A stretch of DNA of 64,000 nucleotides. Source: Thermoplasmatota archaeon. GTDB lineage: Archaea > Thermoplasmatota > E2 > JACPAO01 > JAHFTW01. Positions 22,190 through 31,862 of the stretch are shown one piece after another. The stretch lies in NCBI GenBank assembly GCA_041601615.1, contig JBFIHX010000004.1:128001-192000 (forward strand). Direction: 5' to 3'. The position numbers were made by a program, and so were the translations under genes. A model generated the notes under the pieces. The model worked only from the letters and a program-made list of their open reading frames with translations. It searched no databases and was not told the origin of the DNA. Position 1 is the first letter of the stretch; each line of letters starts with the position of its first letter.

Positions 22190-23971
22190 GTGGCGGTCAT
22201 CGAAGCAGACGGACTCAGCAAGGGGTACGGGGGCAAGCGCCTGTTCGACGACGCCACGTTCCAGGTACGCGCGGGCGACGTGGTGGCCCTCATTGGTCCC
22301 AACGGCGCCGGCAAATCCACCCTGCTTCGCATCCTTGCTGGCCGCGAGCGCCCCGACGACGGCAATTTCCGCATGGCCGACGTCCGCGTCCACTGGTTCG
22401 ACCAGCACCCCAAGATTCCCAAAGGCGCCACGGTGGCTGACGTGTTGGCCTCCGACAAACCGGTGCCGCCCGCACTCCAACAGGAAAAGGACGCCTTGGA
22501 AGCCCGCATCTCGGACCCGAAACTGTACGAGGAGCCCGGCTACGAAATCGTTCTGGAACGCTACGCTGCCGTGGAGCAAGAAATCAAACGCGCCCGCGCC
22601 CCCGGGCCCATGGCAAGCGCCGTCATGGAAGAACTTGGCAATCTTCCCTTGGGCATGGACGCAAGCAAACTCAGCGGCGGCGAAAAGACCCGACTTTTCC
22701 TGGCCCGCGCACTCTCCGAAGCCAAACCTGGCGACCTTGTGGTGCTGGACGAACCCACGAACCACTTGGACGTGGACAGCATCGAGTGGCTGGAAGACTG
22801 GATCCGCGGCTTCGACGGCACCGTGCTTCTCGTGGCACACGACCGCGTGTTTCTGGACAACGTGGCGACGCGCATCTTCGAGGTCCAAGGCGGCGTCACT
22901 TGCTTTGAAGGCAACTACGAAGACTACGTGGAAGCCCGCGACGAAAACATCGCACGCCAAAAACGCGAACACGAAAAGGCCGGCGAGCGCATGGCGCAAA
23001 CCAAGGCCGTCATCATGCAGTTTCGCAAGCAGAAGCGCTTCGATGGCCAATACGCCAGCCGCATGAAGGACCTTGAAAAGTACCAAAAGGCGCTCGAACG
23101 CACACCCGACGCGGTGCTGGAAGGGTTCGCCTTCGGCCTCAAATTTGGCGCCACAGACAAGAGCAGCCAGGAAATGCTGCGCTTTACGGGCCTTTGCAAA
23201 TCCTACGACCAACCCGTCCTGCAAAACGCCGAACTGGAAATCCGCCGCGGCGACCGCATCGGCCTCGTCGGCGCCAACGGAGCCGGCAAATCTACGCTCC
23301 TTGGCATTCTCACCGGCAAAGTCCAGAAAGACTCGGGAACGCTCCACGCAGCCCCCGGCGTCAAGGGCATTTTCTTTAGTCAAGAACAAGACGACCTGGA
23401 AGCGACCCGCACCGTGCACCAGGAAGTCGTGGAAGCCCGCCCCGGCATGGAAGAACGCGACGTCAAGGCCCTGCTCGGGCGCTTTCGGTTCAACCCCGCC
23501 GTGGACATGACCCGCACCGTCAGCACCCTCAGTGGCGGCGAGCGCCAGCGCCTCATGCTCCTGAAGTGCGTGCTGCGACCAAGCAACCTCTTGATTCTCG
23601 ACGAACCCACGAACCACTTGGACCTCTGGGCCCGCGACGTGGTCATCGAGGCCTTGAACGCCTACCACGGCACCCTCCTCGTCGTCAGCCACGACCGGTA
23701 CCTGCTCGACGCCGCCACGGACACCACCGCCCTGCTGGACGAGGGCATCATCCGCACCTACCCCGGCAGCTTCACCGCCAGCCGCGACCAGCACGCCCGG
23801 CAGATCGCCAAGACCGTGACCACCCGCTACGTCGTGCGCAAAAAATTCACGGACTGGACCTCCAATACGAAGTACATGGCCGGAGACGAGCCGGACCTGA
23901 CAGAAGTCCAAGTCAAGTCCAGTGTGACCATGCGCAACGCCATCGAACAGGGCTGGCTAGAACGGGTCTAA
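22190..23971 (+). CDS. ABC-F family ATPase
   Basis: Two GxNGAGKST / LSGGE / LDEPTNHLD cassettes and no TM segments. Confidence 0.92.
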   Translation: MAVIEADGLSKGYGGKRLFDDATFQVRAGDVVALIGPNGAGKSTLLRILAGRERPDDGNFRMADVRVHWFDQHPKIPKGATVADVLASDKPVPPALQQEKDALEARISDPKLYEEPGYEIVLERYAAVEQEIKRARAPGPMASAVMEELGNLPLGMDASKLSGGEKTRLFLARALSEAKPGDLVVLDEPTNHLDVDSIEWLEDWIRGFDGTVLLVAHDRVFLDNVATRIFEVQGGVTCFEGNYEDYVEARDENIARQKREHEKAGERMAQTKAVIMQFRKQKRFDGQYASRMKDLEKYQKALERTPDAVLEGFAFGLKFGATDKSSQEMLRFTGLCKSYDQPVLQNAELEIRRGDRIGLVGANGAGKSTLLGILTGKVQKDSGTLHAAPGVKGIFFSQEQDDLEATRTVHQEVVEARPGMEERDVKALLGRFRFNPAVDMTRTVSTLSGGERQRLMLLKCVLRPSNLLILDEPTNHLDLWARDVVIEALNAYHGTLLVVSHDRYLLDAATDTTALLDEGIIRTYPGSFTASRDQHARQIAKTVTTRYVVRKKFTDWTSNTKYMAGDEPDLTEVQVKSSVTMRNAIEQGWLERV

Positions 23972-24045
23972 AACCGTCCTCGCACCCCCGTCCGTTCGCC
24001 TGAACCGAGGACGCTGCTTGAAACCCCGCACAGCAATCATCCCTT

Positions 24046-26727
24046 GTGCCTGCCCCGGGGCCCTACACGACCTCCTCCGTTGAGGTCCTGGACCGTCTCC
24101 AAGTCGATGTTGAAACCGGACTGACTCCGGCAGAGGTCCAGGCACGGACTCGCCAATGGGGGCCCAATGAACTTCCCGAGAACGATTCCAGGAGCGCTTG
24201 GAAGATCCTCGCCCGGCAATTTTCCAACGTCTTGATCTGGATCCTCGCCGGCGCCATCGTCCTCTCCCTCGTACTCCAGGAAACCCTCGAAGCCATCGCC
24301 ATCACGGTCATCGCCGTCTTCACCATCATCCTCGGTTTCCTGCAAGAATACCGAGCCGAACGCGCAATGGACGCCCTGCGGCGCCTCTCAGCCCCTCATG
24401 CACGGGTCCTTCGAAACGGCGCCGCGACCACACTCCCCTCCAGCCAGATCGTCCCCGGCGACATCCTGCTCTTGGCCCAAGGCGATATCGTGGCCGCCGA
24501 CGCCCGGCTCCTCGACGCCGCAGACCTCGAAACAGCCGAAGCCTCCCTCACCGGCGAATCCACGCCCGTAACCAAGGACGCCGACCAAGAACTCACCGCA
24601 GACACCGCCCTGGCCGACCGCACAAACATGGTCTACGCCACCACCACCATCACCCGGGGCCGCGCCACCGCCGTGGCCACCGCCACGGGAACCCACACCG
24701 AAGTTGGCCACATCGGTCGTCTGCTTGCCACGGTCGAGACTCAAAAAACGCCCCTGGAAAGACAACTCGACCAATTTGGACGCTGGCTTGTCTGGGTCGC
24801 CGCCGCCATTGTCCTTGTAGTGGTCCTCCTCGGAATACTGCGCGGAATCTCCTGGATCGAGATGCTGTTCATCGGCGTCGCGCTCGCAGTCGCCGCCGTA
24901 CCCGAAGCACTGCCCGCCGTCGTCACCATCAGCCTCGCCGTGGGCGCCCAGCGCATGGCCCGCCGCAATGCATTGGTTCGACGCCTGTCGACCGTTGAGA
25001 CCCTCGGCTCCACCACCATCATCTGCACCGACAAGACCGGCACCCTCACCACTGGCATCATGACCGCCGCCGCCGTCGCCCTCCCCGGCCACGACATCAC
25101 CATCAAGGGCAGCAGCCTCGACCCCACAATTCGCCTAGCAGTCACCGTGCCCCCCGCCCAGCAAGACGCCTTCGAAACAATGCTCACGGCATGCGCCCAA
25201 TGCAGCGACGCAGTGCTCGAACACTCCGCCACAGACGGCACCTGGACGGTCACAGGCGACCCCACAGAAGGCGCCCTCGTCGCTTTGGCCGCCCGGGCAG
25301 GAAAGAACAAAGCCGACCTCGAAGACACAAATCCACGAATCGACGAAGAGCCGTTCGACGCCAGCACCCGCCGTATGATCACCCTGCACCAAGATGGCCA
25401 AGCTTACGCCAAAGGCGCCCCCGGCGCCCTTCTAGAAATCTGCGACCGGTACTGGAACGCCGGTACGGTGGTCCCGCTTGTTCCCGAGGTCCAAGAGCAG
25501 ATTCAGGCGTCCGTCCAAGTCCTCGCCGCCCACGGTATGCGCGTCATGGCGTTGGCATGGAAACCCGATGCAGCAGCCCAAGACATGGGACATTCCTTGG
25601 TATACCTTGGATTGGTCGGAATCCGCGACCCGCCGCGACCCGAGGCCGCCGCAGCCATCGCCACGTGTCATGATGCTGGTGTCCGGGTCCTGATGATCAC
25701 CGGAGACCATCACGAGACCGCCCGCGCCATCGCCCATGAACTCGGATTCCTCGAAAATGGATCAGACCATGTCATTGATGGCCGCGCCCTCGACGCCCTC
25801 GACCAGAAGAGATTCCAAGACACCATCACCAAGACCAACGTGTACGCCCGCGTCAGCCCCGAACTCAAACTGCGCATCGTCCAAGCGCTCCAAGCCCAAC
25901 AAGAAGTGGTCGCCATGACCGGAGACGGCGTCAATGACGCCCCCGCCCTGCGCCAAGCTGACATCGGCATCGCCATGGGCATCACCGGCACCGATGTGGC
26001 CAAACAAGCAGCCGATATGACACTGGCCGACGACGACTTTGCCACCATCGTCGCTGCAATCGAAGAAGGACGCGGCATCTTTGCCAACGTCAGAAAATAT
26101 CTGGTCTACCTCCTGTCCACCAATTTTGGCGAACTGATGCTCATCGCCGCAGCCTTGGCCCTAGGACTCCCCTTGCCCCTGTCGGCCGTGATGATCTTGT
26201 ACGTCAACATCGCCTCCGACGGCCTCCCCGCCCTCGCCCTCGCCGTGGACCCCCAACACCCCGGCGCCATGCAAAAAGCCCCCCGAGCCCCAGGAAGCGG
26301 CATCCTTGATCGCCCCATCATGCTCTTGATGCTCCTAGGTGGCCTCTGGTCGGCCGTTTCCAACATCGCCGTGTTCACCTGGGCGCTACAAACCGGAAGG
26401 CCCCTCGAATTGGCCATGACGACCACGTTCGCCTCCCTTGTCCTGGTCCAGTTCGTCAAGGCATACATTTTCCGCACGGAACTTCGCCCCATCTGGGACG
26501 CCCCCCTGGCCAACAAATGGCTCAATCGCGCCGTCGCCTGGGAAATCCTCCTGATCATCCTGTTGCTGTATCTCCCCGGACTTCAAGCCCTGTTTGGCAC
26601 CCGGCCACTGGGCGCTATCGAGTGGCTGGCGGTCGCATTGGCAGCTGTATCGATCGTGCCGGTGCTGGAGACCTTCAAGTGGTACATCCGCACACGATCT
26701 GTGAACCATCGCCCTGCCCGGGCATGA
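24046..26727 (+). CDS. Cation-transporting P-type ATPase (P2A, Ca2+-type)
   Basis: TGES, PEALP, DKTGTLT, GDGVNDAPAL, VNIASDGLPALAL. Confidence 0.95.
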   Translation: MPAPGPYTTSSVEVLDRLQVDVETGLTPAEVQARTRQWGPNELPENDSRSAWKILARQFSNVLIWILAGAIVLSLVLQETLEAIAITVIAVFTIILGFLQEYRAERAMDALRRLSAPHARVLRNGAATTLPSSQIVPGDILLLAQGDIVAADARLLDAADLETAEASLTGESTPVTKDADQELTADTALADRTNMVYATTTITRGRATAVATATGTHTEVGHIGRLLATVETQKTPLERQLDQFGRWLVWVAAAIVLVVVLLGILRGISWIEMLFIGVALAVAAVPEALPAVVTISLAVGAQRMARRNALVRRLSTVETLGSTTIICTDKTGTLTTGIMTAAAVALPGHDITIKGSSLDPTIRLAVTVPPAQQDAFETMLTACAQCSDAVLEHSATDGTWTVTGDPTEGALVALAARAGKNKADLEDTNPRIDEEPFDASTRRMITLHQDGQAYAKGAPGALLEICDRYWNAGTVVPLVPEVQEQIQASVQVLAAHGMRVMALAWKPDAAAQDMGHSLVYLGLVGIRDPPRPEAAAAIATCHDAGVRVLMITGDHHETARAIAHELGFLENGSDHVIDGRALDALDQKRFQDTITKTNVYARVSPELKLRIVQALQAQQEVVAMTGDGVNDAPALRQADIGIAMGITGTDVAKQAADMTLADDDFATIVAAIEEGRGIFANVRKYLVYLLSTNFGELMLIAAALALGLPLPLSAVMILYVNIASDGLPALALAVDPQHPGAMQKAPRAPGSGILDRPIMLLMLLGGLWSAVSNIAVFTWALQTGRPLELAMTTTFASLVLVQFVKAYIFRTELRPIWDAPLANKWLNRAVAWEILLIILLLYLPGLQALFGTRPLGAIEWLAVALAAVSIVPVLETFKWYIRTRSVNHRPARA

Positions 26728-26904
26728 CACAAAACCGCTCGGGCCAGACCATCGGTGCCGCACGACGACACGCAAGGCGCAATCGAACGATGACGCGGAA
26801 GGACCAAAGAGCCAGACCGGAAGCGGCCGGGCAGAAAAAGAAGGAATGAGATGACCTGAGAAGGCTACACGCCCAAGGCAGCAGCGCCCCGGGCTACGCT
26901 TGCT

Positions 26905-26929
26905 TCACTCCCACTTGACCGTGGCAGGC
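26905..26929 (-). repeat. Degenerate copy of the GMP synthase 3' end (att-like scar)
   Basis: CCTGCCACGGTCAAGTGGGAGTGA (PATVKWE*) versus gene end CCAGCAACCGTGGAATGGGAGTAA (PATVEWE*). Confidence 0.6.
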
Positions 26930-26993
26930 GTCACACTGGCCGTGAACGGCCAGCAATCACCCACCAACCGCGCAATGGTCGCTCGGCGTTGCC

Positions 26994-27956
26994 TTACTCC
27001 CATTCCACGGTTGCTGGTGGCTTATCGCTGATGTCGTACACAACGCGGTTGACCTTGTCTTTGAGGTCCGCGTGGTTCGTGATGCCGCGACTGATTCGAG
27101 CCAGCACCTTCCACGGAATTTCCGTGGCCTGCGCCGTCATGGCGTCGAAGCTCTGCACCGCACGCACCGCCACGGTCTCGCCATAGGCACGAAGGTCTCC
27201 CTGGACACCGACGCTGGGGGTGTTGGTGAGCACCGCGAAGTATTGCCACGGCAGCTCCTCCATCTCGCCCTTTTCGACGGCTTTCACGAGCTCCGTCTCG
27301 ACGATGTGGCACGCCTCGCGAGCGATGGCTGTGCGCTCGGGCGTCAGGTCACCAATGACACGCACGGCGAGTCCGGGACCCGGAAACGGCTGGCGCTCGG
27401 CCACTTCGATGCCTTGGAAGCGAGCCACGGCGCGCACCTCATCCTTGTACAGGTCGTACAGGGGTTCGCACAGCTCCATCTCCATGTCGTCGGGCAGGCC
27501 GCCCACGTTGTGGTGCGACTTGATGGTGTCACGGTTGCCGCCGCCACTCTCGATCCAGTCGGGCGCAATCGTGCCCTGAACCAGGTACTTGGCGCCGGTC
27601 TTCTTGGCCTCGCGCTCAAAGATGCGAATGAACTTCTCGCCGATGATCTTGCGCTTCTGCTCCGGCTCGCTCACACCCGCAAGCGCCTCGAAGTATTCAT
27701 CGGCAGCGTAGACGACGGTGAGATTGAGGCCCATGCGCTTGTACATCGCCTCCGTCTCCTCCGACTCGCCCTTGCGCATGAAACCGGTGTCCACGTAGAT
27801 GGCGTGCAACTTGTCGCCGATCGCCTCCTTGACAATCTCAGCCGCGACGCTCGAATCGACGCCACCGCTTACCGCGATGACAGCGTGGTTGTCGCCGATC
27901 TGATCCTTGGCCTTTTGGACGGCGTCCCTGACAAATTCGTCAGCGTCAAACAGCAT
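26994..27956 (-). CDS. guaAB: GMP synthase subunit B (ATP pyrophosphatase), split archaeal type
   Basis: SGGVDSS, IKSHHNVGGLP, PFPGPGLAVR, KPPATVEWE; no glutaminase domain. Confidence 0.93.
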   Translation of the reverse strand: MLFDADEFVRDAVQKAKDQIGDNHAVIAVSGGVDSSVAAEIVKEAIGDKLHAIYVDTGFMRKGESEETEAMYKRMGLNLTVVYAADEYFEALAGVSEPEQKRKIIGEKFIRIFEREAKKTGAKYLVQGTIAPDWIESGGGNRDTIKSHHNVGGLPDDMEMELCEPLYDLYKDEVRAVARFQGIEVAERQPFPGPGLAVRVIGDLTPERTAIAREACHIVETELVKAVEKGEMEELPWQYFAVLTNTPSVGVQGDLRAYGETVAVRAVQSFDAMTAQATEIPWKVLARISRGITNHADLKDKVNRVVYDISDKPPATVEWE

Positions 27957-28062
27957 CTCCATGGGCGTGGCCGCCGACACGGGGATGTCGGATAAGGGTT
28001 GAGGGCCCCACGCTCCTTTTCCGTGACCGACAACGTTTTTCGACGCAGGCGGATTAGGAGGC

Positions 28063-28359
28063 ATGGAAATTCGAAAAATGGCGGTGCTTGTCTTGCTTGC
28101 AATCTCTGGATGGGTGGTTGGCGCCGTCGCGGGGACCCTTGTTGTGGAGGGGCTGGAAGAGGCCGCCATCAGCGACACGCCGGGAGAAGCGGGATGGTCC
28201 AAGTCAGCGCTCGCCGTGGCGCAGACGGTGGTTTTGTCGCTGCTGTTTCTGGGCGTTGCGGCGGCCGCAGGCGTGTCTTTCTGGCGGCATCGGCTGCGCG
28301 CTGGCTCGTTTTTGGGTGCGGTGCTGGTCGCGTTGCCCGTGGGCCTTTTGTTTGCCTAG
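28063..28359 (+). CDS. Small membrane protein, about 3 TM
   Basis: AGGAGG before ATG; hydrophobic segments. Confidence 0.55.
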   Translation: MEIRKMAVLVLLAISGWVVGAVAGTLVVEGLEEAAISDTPGEAGWSKSALAVAQTVVLSLLFLGVAAAAGVSFWRHRLRAGSFLGAVLVALPVGLLFA

Positions 28360-28406
28360 CAAGTAACTGCGGGGACCTGTTGCGCGAGCCTTGCCTTCGA
28401 CGGACT

Positions 28407-29039
28407 CTACGTCGGGCGTGCTAAGGGCGCTCCAGTATCGGGGTCTTCTCCCATGGACACACGCATCCCCGCAGCACGCAACGAATCCCGAAGGAACCGC
28501 TCAGCATCCACCGCCGCTTGTCTAGAAGCGACCTCCATCGAATGAAGCGGCTCAGAGACATGGTTGCTGGATGTGATGCGAGCACCCCGCCCGGCCGCGT
28601 GTTCCCGGAGGCGCTTTTTCAAATCCCGGGTCTGGCCCACGTAGAGCGCCCCGTCATTGAGTCGAAGCAGATACACCTTCCAAGATCCAAAATGGTGCTC
28701 GTCGCCTTTTTTCCATCCCGGATGGACCGGTTCCGGATGCCGCGCCAGTCCCGGAGCAGCAGGCCGGTCCGCTGTGCAGAATCGCAAAAATTGGCCCGGA
28801 GTCAGCAGAAAGCTGCACGTTGCACCAAGGCACCAGCGCGTCTCTTCTCCAGTCGGCGCCCTCGGCGGCCACGATTCGATGTGCGGGTCCTGGTGAACGA
28901 TGGTGCTCCAACAATCGATGCAATAGTGGTACTCGGTGCGGCGCGTGTCCGCCTCACAGGCAATCGCCTCATGGTCTTGCCAAAAGTAGGCCTGACACTT
29001 TTTGGAGGGGTTGGAGGAGGAAGAATTCCGACGAGCCAC
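28407..29039 (-). CDS. GIY-YIG nuclease family protein with Cys-rich N-terminus
   Basis: VYLLRLNDGALYVGQTRDLKKRLREH..G.GA...E motif. Confidence 0.75.
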   Translation of the reverse strand: MARRNSSSSNPSKKCQAYFWQDHEAIACEADTRRTEYHYCIDCWSTIVHQDPHIESWPPRAPTGEETRWCLGATCSFLLTPGQFLRFCTADRPAAPGLARHPEPVHPGWKKGDEHHFGSWKVYLLRLNDGALYVGQTRDLKKRLREHAAGRGARITSSNHVSEPLHSMEVASRQAAVDAERFLRDSLRAAGMRVSMGEDPDTGAPLARPT

Positions 29040-29094
29040 GGCCGGCCAGAATCATCAAACTTTGATGAATACTTGGATGGCTTTGCAGCCGCCC

Positions 29095-29577
29095 CTACGC
29101 TTCCACCGTGTTTTGGATGTCCTTGTCGTCCTGCAATACCTTTTCAGCTGCGCGGGCGCGCTGGGAAGCCACGCGCTCGGCGAGGGCGGCGTCGTTAGCG
29201 GCGAGGATTTGGGCGGCGAGGAAGCCTGCGTTGTCTCCGCGGTCGACGCCGACGGTGGCGACGGGGATGCCGGGAGGCATTTGGACGATGCTCAGCAGGC
29301 TGTCAAAGGGGACCTTGCCACCAACGGGGACACCGATGACGGGGCGGGTGGTCATGGCCGCGATGACACCGGGCAGAGCCGCGGCAACACCTGCGATGCC
29401 GACAAACACCTTGGCGCCACGGTTGTGCACAAGGTCCTCCACGTAGGCGGGGGTGCGGTGGGCGCTGGCGACGTGGATCTCGTAAGGGATGCCGAAATCG
29501 GTGAGGATCTTGGCGCACTTTTGGCCGACGGCAAGGTCGGATTTGCTGCCCATGATGATCATGACATCGGGGTTCAT
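29095..29577 (-). CDS. purE: N5-CAIR mutase
   Basis: IMGSKSD, SAHRTP, AALPG, PVIGVP, SIVQMPPGIPVATV. Confidence 0.95.
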   Translation of the reverse strand: MNPDVMIIMGSKSDLAVGQKCAKILTDFGIPYEIHVASAHRTPAYVEDLVHNRGAKVFVGIAGVAAALPGVIAAMTTRPVIGVPVGGKVPFDSLLSIVQMPPGIPVATVGVDRGDNAGFLAAQILAANDAALAERVASQRARAAEKVLQDDKDIQNTVEA

Positions 29578-29611
29578 GCGGCGGCCACTGACAGGGGTTT
29601 CAAATGCCTAC

Positions 29612-29785
29612 CTACGGGCGCCGCATAAGGGCCAAGGCGAGGCCAGCGGCGCTGGCGGCGATTCCCACAACTGGTGCCAATGCGCGACCAAGGAGGTTTC
29701 GCGGCGGGTCTTCGTGGATGGGCCCGTATGCTGTGTGGACTCCGAACACATTCACATGCGGTGCGGGCGAGAACGCGGCAGGCAT
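29612..29785 (-). CDS. Possible 57-aa C-terminally anchored protein (not in ORF track)
   Basis: MPAAFSP...LAPVVGIAASAAGLALALMRRP*; fills the gap co-directionally between dsbA-like gene and purE. Confidence 0.35.
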   Translation of the reverse strand: MPAAFSPAPHVNVFGVHTAYGPIHEDPPRNLLGRALAPVVGIAASAAGLALALMRRP

Positions 29786-29891
29786 GACATCCTAGTTTGG
29801 GGCCAGGACCACATATCCTTTGCCGGCTGTTTCCGGTGGAGCCCCGATTTCCCCTCCAAGTGGGCGGTTTTCCGACTCGGTGGGTGCTCGA

Positions 29892-30566
29892 TTACGCGCT
29901 CGCATCGGCAGCGGATGCGGCAATCAGGTCCTGGGATTGACGAATGGCTTGCTCGAACACTTCGACGGGTTGGGCACCAGAAACACCCAGCCGCCCTTCA
30001 AACAGGAAGAAGGGCACGCCTTGCACGCCCATGCTGCGCGCCTGCGCGATCTCCTGGCGAACATCCTCTGCAAACGCCTGGCTCGAAAACAACGCATCCA
30101 AGTGCTCCGTTTCGAGGCCCGCTTCCAGGCCGATGCGCCGGAGCGTCCCTTCGTCCGAGACATCCTCGCCAGCGGTGTGTTGGGCCCGCAGCAGTAGATC
30201 CATCACTTTGGCACCAAGGCCCTTGGATCGGCCCAAGTGATGCAAGCGGTGGGCATCGAAGGTGTTCACGGCAAGGGCGTGCTCAAAATCATAGGTCAAG
30301 CCCACGTCGGCGCCCATCGCCTCCAGGCGATCTTGCGAGGCCTGGATCCGTTCCGAATCTCCGTACACCTTGGCAAGATACGCTCGAACGGGTTGCGGCG
30401 ACCCGTGGTTCGGAGCCAACTGGTAGGAACGCATCTGCACTTCTGCTGCCGTCCCGGTTCGCTCCAGTGCTGCTCGCAGGTGTGCATTGCCAAGAAGGCA
30501 CCACGGGCACGCGACATCCGACCAGACATCGATGCGCAGCGGAGCCGGAGATGGGGCCATGGTCAT
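29892..30566 (-). CDS. DsbA/FrnE family oxidoreductase
   Basis: WSDVACPWC, NTFDAHRL, GVQGVPFF, SGAQP. Confidence 0.9.
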   Translation of the reverse strand: MTMAPSPAPLRIDVWSDVACPWCLLGNAHLRAALERTGTAAEVQMRSYQLAPNHGSPQPVRAYLAKVYGDSERIQASQDRLEAMGADVGLTYDFEHALAVNTFDAHRLHHLGRSKGLGAKVMDLLLRAQHTAGEDVSDEGTLRRIGLEAGLETEHLDALFSSQAFAEDVRQEIAQARSMGVQGVPFFLFEGRLGVSGAQPVEVFEQAIRQSQDLIAASAADASA

Positions 30567-30794
30567 TGTTCATCGTCCGCAAGGCTTGGCCCTTTCCAAA
30601 GGAGCCGCCAGAGAGCACCGATGATTGCCCTGCGACACGCCGCAGATGCTCGCAGCACCGGGAGTCGGGGCGGGATTGAGTTGCTTGGCTACGCGACCAC
30701 ATGGCGCATCGCCGAGACAGACAATCGCACCTCGCGAAGCCATTCTCCACGGGCGGTCTGAACCTCCTTCTACCCGGGCTTCACTGCGCGCGTC

Positions 30795-31829
30795 GTGGCC
30801 CCGCCGCGTCTGCGTCGCCTGCTGCCCATCGCCGTGGCGATCAGCCTCCTGACGCTTGCGGCCATCTTGGTCTATTTTCGCTCCAAGCAAGACGTAGACG
30901 TGCTCTTCGATCTGCGCAGTCTAGACCCATGGGTGCCGGCGGCCGCAGTCGGGCTGCACATGACCTCGCACCTGGCATGGACCCTGCGCATCTACACCCT
31001 GGCGCGTGGCCTAGAAATTCGGCTCAGCCTGCCCGCCGCCTGGAGACTCGTGACGTCGGGGCAGTTTGCCGGCGCCGTAACCCCCGGGCGCGTGGGCGCA
31101 GAAGGCATGCGCTTGACCCTGCTGGTTCGAGGCGGAGCGCGGGGAGTTGCCGCAAGCCGCACCGTACTTGCCGACCGCACCAGCGACCTCGTGTTTTTCG
31201 GCACCCTTGGAACCCTCGGCGCCTTTGCCTTACCCATGGTGTTCGGCGCGGACGCGGGAATCCTTCGAGGCCTCGCTCTTGCCGCCGCTGCCGCGCTGCT
31301 TGGACTGATTGCGTTGCTTGGACTCGGCTTGTGGCGACCGATGCTCGTGGCGGCAGGCGCGGAACGGACCTGGAATGCATTGCGTCGCGTCGCTCGCCGG
31401 AGACCGGTGGCCGCAGCGGATCGTATTCGGGCGTTCTTGGACGACGTATGGCAAGGAATGGTATGCCTGGCACGCGATTCGCCGTGGCGCTTGCTGGTGG
31501 CAGCCGGTCTGAGCCTTGCTTTGTGGGTCCTTGAATACGGAGTGCTGTGGGTTTTGCTTCGCGGCGCCGGCGTCGAGATGCCTTGGATGGCGGTGCTCAC
31601 GGCAGGGGTGCTTCTGACCATGCTCGCGGCCGTCCCGATCAGCATCGGGGGCGCTGGCGTGGCCGAGGTGGCAGCGGTTTTGCTTCTGGGCCCGTGGGCG
31701 GGTGCCTCGGCGGTCGTGGTGGTGCTTTTGTGGCGCGCCTCCAGCTACTATTACGACGTAATCATTGGCGGAATCGTGGCAGCATGGAGCCTTCCGCGAG
31801 GTACGCCCGGCACGCCAACAGTGCAGTGA
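30795..31829 (+). CDS. Lysylphosphatidylglycerol synthase TM / flippase-like protein (UPF0104)
   Basis: TPGRVGAE, DR..D, P.SIGGAGVAE, LLWR. Confidence 0.82.
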   Translation: MAPPRLRRLLPIAVAISLLTLAAILVYFRSKQDVDVLFDLRSLDPWVPAAAVGLHMTSHLAWTLRIYTLARGLEIRLSLPAAWRLVTSGQFAGAVTPGRVGAEGMRLTLLVRGGARGVAASRTVLADRTSDLVFFGTLGTLGAFALPMVFGADAGILRGLALAAAAALLGLIALLGLGLWRPMLVAAGAERTWNALRRVARRRPVAAADRIRAFLDDVWQGMVCLARDSPWRLLVAAGLSLALWVLEYGVLWVLLRGAGVEMPWMAVLTAGVLLTMLAAVPISIGGAGVAEVAAVLLLGPWAGASAVVVVLLWRASSYYYDVIIGGIVAAWSLPRGTPGTPTVQ

Positions 31830-31862
31830 ACCGTCGTCAATGGTTTTGTACCCAGAAGCCTG

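Noticed and set aside
26724-26849. 41-aa basic ORF overlapping the P-type ATPase stop
   Set aside because: Low complexity with no recognisable motif; insufficient support
26850-26900. TPP riboswitch-like CTGAGA motif
   Set aside because: The remaining conserved TPP elements are absent and no thiamine gene follows
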